A stretch of 64,000 bases of DNA. Origin: a virus. Lineage: Duplodnaviria > Heunggongvirae > Uroviricota > Caudoviricetes. Each line of letters begins with the position of its first letter. Positions within the stretch are counted from its first letter, which is position 1. The stretch lies in IMG/VR virus record IMGVR_UViG_3300005329_000001, one strand, 5' to 3'. The translations under genes were made by a program, and so were the position numbers. The notes under the pieces are model-generated. The model worked only from the letters and a program-made list of their open reading frames with translations, searched no databases and was not told the origin of the DNA. Positions 52,882 through 60,043 of this stretch are shown here, piece after piece.

Positions 52882-53426
52882 GCTACCTCGAGCCGCGCAT
52901 GGATGGGTTCTACGACGAGTTTGAGAAGATCTCAGCTTATTCGAATAAGCGGCTGTTTCGGGATATCGCTCCTCTTATTGGAGGGGCTGGAGCTCTTACC
53001 GGTGCCCTGAGTACTCCATTTGGAAAAAAGACCGACGAGAAGAGCTATGCACTCCGTGCGGGGAAACGAGCACTCGTCGGAGGCGCTATCGGTACTGGTC
53101 TGTCTTTGGGAGGGTCAGCACTCGCAAAGATGGCGCACGAGCTCACCCAGAGCGAGCGCACCGACTTCGCTCAGCCCAAGAAAGAAGAAGAGGGTCACAA
53201 GGGCAAGTACCCCATTCCCGACAAGAAGCACTACGGGATCGCCCTGGGCTTCGCGAAGATGCACCACGATTCTGGCGCCCTGAAGGCCATCCATGCGAAG
53301 GGCAAGGCGATGGGCTACACAAAAGAGGCCGAGGGGTTCGGCTCGCCCAACATCTCCGACGCCGATGAGATGGCGAAGATGGCAGGCCGCAGCCGGCAGA
53401 GGGTCAGCCAGCTTTTTGGGAGATGA
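52878..53426 (+). CDS. Glycine-zipper virion protein with GFYDEFEKIS leader
   Basis: N-terminal DGFYDEFEKISA, two Gly-zipper segments, then AKMAH and TKEAE. Confidence 0.6.
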   Translation: MSYLEPRMDGFYDEFEKISAYSNKRLFRDIAPLIGGAGALTGALSTPFGKKTDEKSYALRAGKRALVGGAIGTGLSLGGSALAKMAHELTQSERTDFAQPKKEEEGHKGKYPIPDKKHYGIALGFAKMHHDSGALKAIHAKGKAMGYTKEAEGFGSPNISDADEMAKMAGRSRQRVSQLFGR

Positions 53427-54009
53427 TCTTCGAGATGAACTGAGTGCGGTGGTGCGGAGTCGCCCCATTCATCTTGAGTCTGGCCTGGTGTAGCGTCGAG
53501 CCGTAGCCCTTGTTCGTCCCCCACACGTAGTTCGGGAACTCCTTGTCGAGCTCGTTCATGAGCCGATCGCGAATGACCTTGGCGAGGATGCTGGCTGCTG
53601 AGACGGGCCAGTACTTCGAATCTGCCTTGGGCTCCACTCTCTGACGGTCGATTGGCCAGCCCCTGATAGAGTACTCGCCGTCCACATAGATCAGGTCGGG
53701 AGGCTGCTTGAGGCAGGCGATGGCCCTCTGGAAGACAACGTCGTTGCACCAGTTGATGCCCTTCTCGTTGATCTCTTCCACCGAGCACTCGCCCAACCCG
53801 AAATCGAGGAGGAACGGCGACGTGAGGATGCGCTTCCACACCTCCTCTCGTTTCCTCTCGGTCGCGAATGACTTCGAGTCGGCCAGGCCCTCGATGGGAG
53901 GGTTGGACATCGTCACCTGACCGTCGAACTTGAAGAGAGCGCACGCGGCCACCAGAGGACCGGCAAGAGCACCACGACCCACTTCATCCACACCTGCGAT
54001 CAGCATCAC
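53404..54009 (-). CDS. rnhB: Ribonuclease HII
   Basis: AGVDEVGRGALAGP, LADSK, IYVDG, KAD, SAASILAKVIRD and NKGYG...H. Confidence 0.93.
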   Translation of the reverse strand: MMLIAGVDEVGRGALAGPLVAACALFKFDGQVTMSNPPIEGLADSKSFATERKREEVWKRILTSPFLLDFGLGECSVEEINEKGINWCNDVVFQRAIACLKQPPDLIYVDGEYSIRGWPIDRQRVEPKADSKYWPVSAASILAKVIRDRLMNELDKEFPNYVWGTNKGYGSTLHQARLKMNGATPHHRTQFISKIISQKAG

Positions 54010-54242
54010 TTCACCTCGGTGATCTTTCCGACGACGTGAGGAGGAATGAAGAGATCTCGGACGGCCTTCTCCGGGATGTTGATGATCAGCTCGCGATTGG
54101 CGGTGTTCGCAAGAGCCTTCTGGTAGTCTTCGGGTAGCTCGCCGCCTAGTGTGTCGACGGTGTACTCATCGACGGCAGCTTTCAACCACGGCACATCGCC
54201 ATCTTCGCAGCCCTCATTGGACCAAACTGTTCGAACTTGCAT
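54006..54242 (-). CDS. Hypothetical protein
   Basis: SD AGAGG; ATGA-type overlap with rnhB. Confidence 0.6.
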   Translation of the reverse strand: MQVRTVWSNEGCEDGDVPWLKAAVDEYTVDTLGGELPEDYQKALANTANRELIINIPEKAVRDLFIPPHVVGKITEVK

Positions 54243-54245
54243 TGG

Positions 54246-54578
54246 CTAACCTCTGTTGGTGAACGGTCCTCGCTTATCGCTCAGCAGCGGATTCTTTTGC
54301 TGAACAGGTCCGAGGCGCCGTTTCGTTCCAACGACGAGGATTAGTTTGTCTGGCTGGTTGTATATGCGCTGCAAGACGCAGTCATTCGCGTTGGCGAAGC
54401 CGTGCGCCAGATTCTGGAAGGGGCGGTAGTTCTCGCCAGTGAGTGGCTCTCTGAGATGGAAGATGACGTTCTTGATGAGTGGGTTGACAGTATCTTCGAT
54501 GGTGTACGTCGAGGAGATGTCAGCCGCTCTGTTGAACGACGCATGGAACTCTCGGACCCAGGCGAGGGAGGGTTGCAT
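54246..54578 (-). CDS. Hypothetical protein
   Basis: 110 aa ORF filling the gap; lower GC than its neighbours; no SD seen. Confidence 0.4.
   Translation of the reverse strand: MQPSLAWVREFHASFNRAADISSTYTIEDTVNPLIKNVIFHLREPLTGENYRPFQNLAHGFANANDCVLQRIYNQPDKLILVVGTKRRLGPVQQKNPLLSDKRGPFTNRG
54273..54300 (-). promoter_or_regulatory. Candidate phage promoter GCAAAA-N16-GATAAG upstream of the rnhB unit
   Basis: Exact motif, 30 nt upstream of ATG 54242. Confidence 0.6.
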
Positions 54579-54606
54579 GGCAAAATCCTAGTGACTTTGT
54601 TAGGAT
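54578..54606 (+). promoter_or_regulatory. Weak sigma70-like promoter TGGCAA-N17-TAGGAT upstream of HNH-terL
   Basis: Same -10 hexamer as the 29.4 kb promoter with 17-nt spacing; -35 matches only 3 of 6. Confidence 0.35.
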
Positions 54607-54622
54607 CCTGGTAGAGGAATCG

Positions 54623-55057
54623 GTGAACAAGATCCGCTACCCACGAAGAACTAAGACTTGTCCACGGTGCAAGAAAGACAAGCCGGCTACGGCTAAGTTC
54701 TTCTGTCCAGACAAGCGAGGCTATATTTGCTGGTGCAGGCGCTGCTCGGCCGACCGAGCGACTGAGTGGGGAAAGACCAATCATCGTCGACAAACGGATA
54801 CTCGATTCAAGAGACGCTACGGCCTCTCCATAGAAGAGTTTGATGCACTAGTCCTACAGCAGAACGGCAAATGCGCCATCTGCGGAGAGGCCCCAAAGGC
54901 CGTGAAGAGCAAACTTCAGGGATTCAACGTGGACCACGACCACAAGACGAAGAAAGTCCGGGGGCTGCTTTGCTTCGGGTGCAACACTGGAATCGGCTGC
55001 CTGAGGGATAACCCTTCCCGGCTGCGGTCTGCTGCCGACTACCTCGAGAGGATGTAA
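54623..55057 (+). CDS. Endonuclease VII-type HNH endonuclease with N-terminal Zn finger
   Basis: CPRCK...CRRC and YGLSIEEF...QNGKCAICG...VDHDH.T.KVRGLLCFGCNTGIG. Confidence 0.9.
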   Translation: MNKIRYPRRTKTCPRCKKDKPATAKFFCPDKRGYICWCRRCSADRATEWGKTNHRRQTDTRFKRRYGLSIEEFDALVLQQNGKCAICGEAPKAVKSKLQGFNVDHDHKTKKVRGLLCFGCNTGIGCLRDNPSRLRSAADYLERM

Positions 55058-56898
55058 TGGCTTACGAGATCGTGGAGGATCTCCACTCCTACCAACGCGA
55101 CCGAGAGCGTCGCGTAATGCTGCTGGATCATGAGGGTCTCTACTCTGGTCCCGAGTTCCCGGAAGAGTGGGATTACGAGCCGGATCCTGGCAACGAGTAC
55201 GGAGCACAGGACTTCAAGGACCTCCAGGATCTCGTCTCGGTGCTCCCTTCGGAGTTCACCGAATTCGCGATCATGATGCCGGACAAAGAGCATCAGACCT
55301 ACAAGAACTACTCCTTTGCCGAGCGCGAGTACCTCCGCCAGATCTACGACACCTCATCGAAGCGGACCCTGCTGAAGTGCGGTCGACAGGTCGAGAAGTC
55401 GACCATGCTCGGCAACAAGCTCCTTTCCTACTCCTGCATCGTCACTGCCCTCAACAGCCTCTACGTCTCGCCGACCAACCAACAATCGAAGGTTTTCTCG
55501 CAGGACCGTCTGAAGGAGCCGATCGAGACCAGTCCATTCTTGAAGAGCTGGACGACCACCAAGCTCTCGGACAACGTCTTCCTCAAGAAGTTCATCAACC
55601 GCTCCCAGATCACTCTCCGCTACGCCTTCATGAACGCCGACCGCTGCCGCGGCATCCCGGCGGACATCATCTGCATCGACGAGCTCCAGGACATCCTCAC
55701 CGACAACATCCCCGTTATCGAGCAGTGTGCTTCGCACTCCGTCATCAATATCGGCGGTGAGTCGCACAAGGGCGGTGTCTTCATCTTCTCTGGCACCCCC
55801 AAGAGCCTCGACAACACAATCGAGGCCTATTGGCAGCAGTACTCCACCCAGAACGAATGGGTGGTCCCCTGCCACGCCCACTCTATGTTTACGGGCGACG
55901 GCAAGATCACCAAGGTCCACTGGAACATCCTCACCGAGGACCACATCGGGGCAAAGAGCCTCATCTGCGACAAGTGCGGCGGCCCCATCGACGCCAAGGA
56001 TCCGATGGCGCAGTGGGCGTCTCTGAACCCAGACATCATCAATCAGATCCCCAAGCCCTATGAGGGCTTCCGCATCCCGCAGCTCATGGTGCCGTGGATT
56101 TCGCACGACGACATCATCCAGAACCTCAAGACCTACCCGCGCGATCGTTTCTACAATGAGGTGCTCGGCCTCTCGTACGATTCGGGCACTCGACCCCTCA
56201 CTCAGCAGGACTTGATCGACAACTGCTCGCAGTACCTCTCACTTGATCCAGCCTCTCTCGAGAAGTACAGGAACCACTTTGGCGGTTCGACACCCATCTA
56301 CGGCGGCATCGACTGGATGGGTGGCGGTGAGCACTCCTTCACCGTCTTCACGATGGGCGCCTATCTGGACGGCAAGTTCCAGGTCTTCTACTACCGTCGA
56401 TTTGAGGGGCGCGAGGCTGAGCCTCAGACGCAGATGGATGAGATCATCGAGACCATCCTCAAGTGGAACGTGCGTAGGATCGGGGTCGACTACGGCGGCG
56501 GCTTCTGGCCGAACGACAAGCTCACCAACCGCTTCGGCCTCAACCGCATCGTTAAGTACCAGTACTCGAATCCGGGCGAGAAGATTCGCTGGGAGGACGG
56601 ACTCAAGCGATTCCTCGTCAACCGTAGCGAAGTGATGAGCGACATCTTCAACGCCATCAAGCGGCGCAACGTCTTCCGCTTCCCGCAGTGGGACCAGTTC
56701 AAAGCGCCATTCGGCGGCGACTTCCTGAACATCTTCGCTGAGTACAACGAGCAGCGGCGCATGATCGAGTACAAGAAGTCGCCCAACGCCAGCGACGACT
56801 CGTTCCACTCCACCCTCTTGTGCTTCATCGTCTCGATGCTGGACTTCCCTCGTCCAGATATCGTGGCGCCGGCTATCACTCCCAGGGCGAATAGCTAA
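55057..56898 (+). CDS. terL: Terminase large subunit
   Basis: LLKCGRQVEKST (Walker A), ICIDELQD (Walker B), SGTPK (motif III), Zn-type insertion PCHAH...CDKC, nuclease GGIDW and DDSFHS. Confidence 0.85.
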   Translation: MAYEIVEDLHSYQRDRERRVMLLDHEGLYSGPEFPEEWDYEPDPGNEYGAQDFKDLQDLVSVLPSEFTEFAIMMPDKEHQTYKNYSFAEREYLRQIYDTSSKRTLLKCGRQVEKSTMLGNKLLSYSCIVTALNSLYVSPTNQQSKVFSQDRLKEPIETSPFLKSWTTTKLSDNVFLKKFINRSQITLRYAFMNADRCRGIPADIICIDELQDILTDNIPVIEQCASHSVINIGGESHKGGVFIFSGTPKSLDNTIEAYWQQYSTQNEWVVPCHAHSMFTGDGKITKVHWNILTEDHIGAKSLICDKCGGPIDAKDPMAQWASLNPDIINQIPKPYEGFRIPQLMVPWISHDDIIQNLKTYPRDRFYNEVLGLSYDSGTRPLTQQDLIDNCSQYLSLDPASLEKYRNHFGGSTPIYGGIDWMGGGEHSFTVFTMGAYLDGKFQVFYYRRFEGREAEPQTQMDEIIETILKWNVRRIGVDYGGGFWPNDKLTNRFGLNRIVKYQYSNPGEKIRWEDGLKRFLVNRSEVMSDIFNAIKRRNVFRFPQWDQFKAPFGGDFLNIFAEYNEQRRMIEYKKSPNASDDSFHSTLLCFIVSMLDFPRPDIVAPAITPRANS

Positions 56899-56925
56899 AA
56901 GAACCAGGCGCAATTGCCTGGTTCT
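56897..56925. terminator. Rho-independent terminator between convergent genes
   Basis: AGAACCAGGC-GCAATT-GCCTGGTTCT stem; T-tract on the minus strand. Confidence 0.7.
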
Positions 56926-56941
56926 GTGCTGCCCCTTGAAA

Positions 56942-57313
56942 CTACGAAACGCGTGCCCCCACAGCCCGCAGCTTCGTCGAACCCGAGAACTCCTTCTCCA
57001 TCTCCTCGTTGACCTTCGCGGTGTCCTTGCGCTGCTTGCGGTCCGTCAGCCGCTTGTAGGCCAGGCCACCCACGATGCCTCCCACGACGGCCACCGCAGC
57101 ATAGCTGCCGATGACTGCCACCCGCTGCCGAGTCGTGAGTACCGGCTTGATGGAGAACTGTCGGATGGCCTCCGGGATGGTGTCCAGAGCGCCTTCCACC
57201 ATCTCGTCGATGTGCTCCTTGCAGAAGTTCTGGAGAGTCTCCATGTCCTGCTTGTTGAGGCCGTGGCGGGGTGGCTGCGGAAGCGAGGACATCTCTTGCT
57301 GCTGGTTTCCCAT
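56942..57313 (-). CDS. Single-pass membrane protein
   Basis: Transmembrane segment VAVIGSYAAVAVVGGIVGGLAY followed by a basic tail. SD GGAGA. Confidence 0.65.
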   Translation of the reverse strand: MGNQQQEMSSLPQPPRHGLNKQDMETLQNFCKEHIDEMVEGALDTIPEAIRQFSIKPVLTTRQRVAVIGSYAAVAVVGGIVGGLAYKRLTDRKQRKDTAKVNEEMEKEFSGSTKLRAVGARVS

Positions 57314-57368
57314 CTGTCGTCTCCATGTGAGGGGTACGAACGAAAAAACGTTCGTTCACGTCACACCT

Positions 57369-57396
57369 CTTATCCCGAGACGTTTCAGTTTTTTGC
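57369..57396 (-). promoter_or_regulatory. Candidate phage promoter GCAAAA-N16-GATAAG
   Basis: Exact motif, about 55 nt upstream of ATG 57313. Confidence 0.6.
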
Positions 57397-58086
57397 AGCG
57401 TATTCTTTCTGCCTTCTCTCGAGCTTATTGAGCAAACGCTTGCTGGGGCGGGCTTCTCGATTGAGCATTGCGTCGAGCTGACGAGGAGAGATTTGCTTTA
57501 TCTCGAACCACACACTCGTCATCATCTGCATGTGCTCTCTGGCAGACGAGAGTTGGATAGAGAGCTCAGTGTTGTAAGGGCGCAGTGCCATTGTCGAGGC
57601 AAGTCGAAGGAAGGGGCGCCAGGGATGTGAGTCCTTGGTCATCCTCTCGATCTGACCGAAGTGCTGCGCATCGATGCGTTGGAGGTACCCGGCCCAAGTC
57701 TCCTCGACATGAGGCGGCCAACCATCACTGGCGTATGTATTGGCCATCTGGTACAACGAGGTAATCTCCAAGTCCGTGAACCTCAGCGGGTCCTTTCGGA
57801 TGTTGAGTACTCGGAGGATCTGATCGACGTCACGCCGGAGGATGCTATTCTCGGTGTGAAGTCGCATCAGCGTCTGGCGGTTGATAGCGAATGGAAGAGC
57901 TTTCTCTCCGTCGCTCTTCCGTTGAGAATCACGGAGAGCGATGACGTCCTCCTCGAGGATGTCTACCCGGTGGCCGTTCTTCACCGTGCGCAACTCCCCT
58001 CGCTGAACCTTGTAGAAGATGGTTCGCTCGCTGCAGCCAAGTACCTTTGCCGCCTCCTTCTTTGTCAAGAATCGGCTTCCCACCAA
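57385..58086 (-). CDS. Excisionase/MerR-like HTH DNA-binding protein with helical C-terminal domain
   Basis: FLTKKEAAKVLGCSERTIFYKVQRGELRT (HTH_17 pattern). SD AGGAGG before TTG. Confidence 0.75.
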   Translation of the reverse strand: MVGSRFLTKKEAAKVLGCSERTIFYKVQRGELRTVKNGHRVDILEEDVIALRDSQRKSDGEKALPFAINRQTLMRLHTENSILRRDVDQILRVLNIRKDPLRFTDLEITSLYQMANTYASDGWPPHVEETWAGYLQRIDAQHFGQIERMTKDSHPWRPFLRLASTMALRPYNTELSIQLSSAREHMQMMTSVWFEIKQISPRQLDAMLNREARPSKRLLNKLERRQKEYAAKN

Positions 58087-58133
58087 GGTCTTCCTCCTAT
58101 GAATATGATGCTAACTCAGAAGCCGGAGAACTC

Positions 58134-59111
58134 ATGGACGTTTTCGAGCAACTTCTGACGTCGGGATCCAGCAAGGGCGTCAGCCCCGAGACGTTGGAAT
58201 ACATCGGTCAGAAGGCCTCGGCTGAGTTCCTGGACAAGAAGACGCCGCTGAACGAGTCGATCGTGAAGCTCGCCTCCCAGCATCCAGAGCTCAACAACGA
58301 GCACATCCACCGCATCGTCGAATTCGCCAACAACTCCACCTTCCAACATCTCTTCGAGAAGAACAAGGACAAGAACGTCCACTTCCCGATTGCAGATCCG
58401 GGAGTGGTGATTCGGGATCTCCGGGATGGCGGATCTCCGGCTCACAGCGGCAAGGTCTTGCACAACAAGGCCGACTACCATCGAGCGCCGATCCGGGAAG
58501 AGAAGGACGGCTCAATGGGGATGGACGGGTCGGGGGCTGGTGATCCCGAATCTGGTCTCGCCGACCTCTTCAACCGCAACAACTCTTCTGGGCAGTTCGG
58601 CCAGGGAGAGCCTGTCGAGAAGGTCGCGAGTGCTGCCGGGCTCGATCCGTCTTGGGAGGGCTCGGCCAATCCGGTCAACGACGTCTATGCCGAGCACCTC
58701 AAGCTCAAGCGCTCCTACGATGAGCTCGCTGCGGCCCACGAAGGTGCGGACCTGATGTACAAGCAGGCCTCGGCCGACTTCTACAAAGCCGCTCGGGAAG
58801 AGGTGCTCAACCCGGAGGGCGCTGGCTTCCGTGGTGTGGTGGAGGCTGTCTCGGTCGTTGCCGCTCTCGGCCGTGAAGACATCACGAAGCTGGCAGAGAG
58901 TCTCCTGCGAGCCGGCGTCTCGGAAGAGCAGCTCAAGAGCCGCACGAAGACTGCCGGCAAGCTGGTCAACCCCAATCACCCACTCGTCGCTTCGGCGTCG
59001 GCGATGATGAAGTGCGCCCATGAGCGTTCGATCGCACATGAGGCACTTCTCGATGTAAAGAAGGGTCTCGATCAGACGACTCAGTTCCTCAAGACGGCGG
59101 CACGGAAGTGA
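58134..59111 (+). CDS. Putative head/core protein with K-x-A motifs
   Basis: VKLASQ, EKVASA, YKQASA, TKLAES, TKTAGK and LKTAAR. SD GGAGA before ATG 58134. Confidence 0.6.
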   Translation: MDVFEQLLTSGSSKGVSPETLEYIGQKASAEFLDKKTPLNESIVKLASQHPELNNEHIHRIVEFANNSTFQHLFEKNKDKNVHFPIADPGVVIRDLRDGGSPAHSGKVLHNKADYHRAPIREEKDGSMGMDGSGAGDPESGLADLFNRNNSSGQFGQGEPVEKVASAAGLDPSWEGSANPVNDVYAEHLKLKRSYDELAAAHEGADLMYKQASADFYKAAREEVLNPEGAGFRGVVEAVSVVAALGREDITKLAESLLRAGVSEEQLKSRTKTAGKLVNPNHPLVASASAMMKCAHERSIAHEALLDVKKGLDQTTQFLKTAARK

Positions 59112-59401
59112 CCTTCCGCCAAGCTGCATATTCCCGTGCTGTCCTCCGCGGGCTCGCCGGCGAGAAGGTCGCGGGTGTGCTCGGCGTAGTGGGAGGAGCA
59201 GCGAAGGGGATCGGCCGTGGTGCCAATTGGGCCTGGCAGAAGTCGATGAAGCAGAACGGCCCGGTGATGGGCACGATCGGTCTTGGTCTGGGTGCCGCCG
59301 GTCTCTACGCTCTCGGCAAGAGAGCAGTCAATCAGACTCAGGCTGCGTACCAGGGATTCAATCCCGAGGTTCAGGCCTACACCCGCCAGTCGCCCTACTA
59401 G
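59108..59401 (+). CDS. Small Gly-rich membrane-type virion protein
   Basis: GEKVAG followed by VLGVVGGAAKGIG and IGLGLGAAGLYALG. Confidence 0.6.
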   Translation: MTFRQAAYSRAVLRGLAGEKVAGVLGVVGGAAKGIGRGANWAWQKSMKQNGPVMGTIGLGLGAAGLYALGKRAVNQTQAAYQGFNPEVQAYTRQSPY

Positions 59402-59410
59402 GAGCTCAAG

Positions 59411-60040
59411 ATGAACAGCACGCAGCTCATGGAGAAGGTCGCGGAAGTCGCGCCCGAGACGTACGACTTCATCATGCAGACCCGCGGCGAGATCAGCGAG
59501 AGCCCGTGGAAGGACGAGTTCCTCGAGGAGTTCGACGGCATCCTGAAGAAGGCTGCCATGGACTGGAAGTCGATCGGCTCGTCTGTCGGGCAAGGAGGTC
59601 TTGCCATGGCCAAGGGTCTGGGTGCCACGGCACTCGGCGGCATCGGCCTGGCGCTCGCTGGTGACGCCTATGATGCCACTCGTCGAGCCATCACCAAGAC
59701 CCGCAACTACAAGCGGATGATGGCGTCGAACCCAGATCTGAAGGACAAGCCGGCGCACCAGGTCCAGGCAATCTTCTCCACCCTTCACCGCTTCAACCCG
59801 GACTTCTCGGGAGACCCGGTCGTCTCTGGAAGCTTCGTCCGTCAGCATGTCGACATGGCCCAGAGCGAAGAAGGTGTGGGTGCGGTCGGTCTCGACGCCA
59901 TGAAGGCCATCGTCGAAGGGCGCAAGGGTATCAATGAGAGCCGCCGGTTGCCCAAGCCGGAGATGCTCAGGATGCCCGATCGCGAGATGGAGATGCTCCA
60001 GAAGTCCAAGCTTCGCCACGACCTGGGCGCCAAGAAGTAA
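59411..60040 (+). CDS. Putative virion protein with acidic leader, KKAA site and Gly-zipper
   Basis: EKVAE; EFLEEFDGILKKAAM; GLAMAKGLGATALGGIGLALAG. Confidence 0.6.
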   Translation: MNSTQLMEKVAEVAPETYDFIMQTRGEISESPWKDEFLEEFDGILKKAAMDWKSIGSSVGQGGLAMAKGLGATALGGIGLALAGDAYDATRRAITKTRNYKRMMASNPDLKDKPAHQVQAIFSTLHRFNPDFSGDPVVSGSFVRQHVDMAQSEEGVGAVGLDAMKAIVEGRKGINESRRLPKPEMLRMPDREMEMLQKSKLRHDLGAKK

Positions 60041-60043
60041 GCG

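Noticed and set aside
17334-56898. Inteins or introns in polA, nrdJ, RNAP, helicases or terL
   Set aside because: Motif spacing and lengths are normal; no C...HN splice junctions or embedded endonuclease domains were seen.
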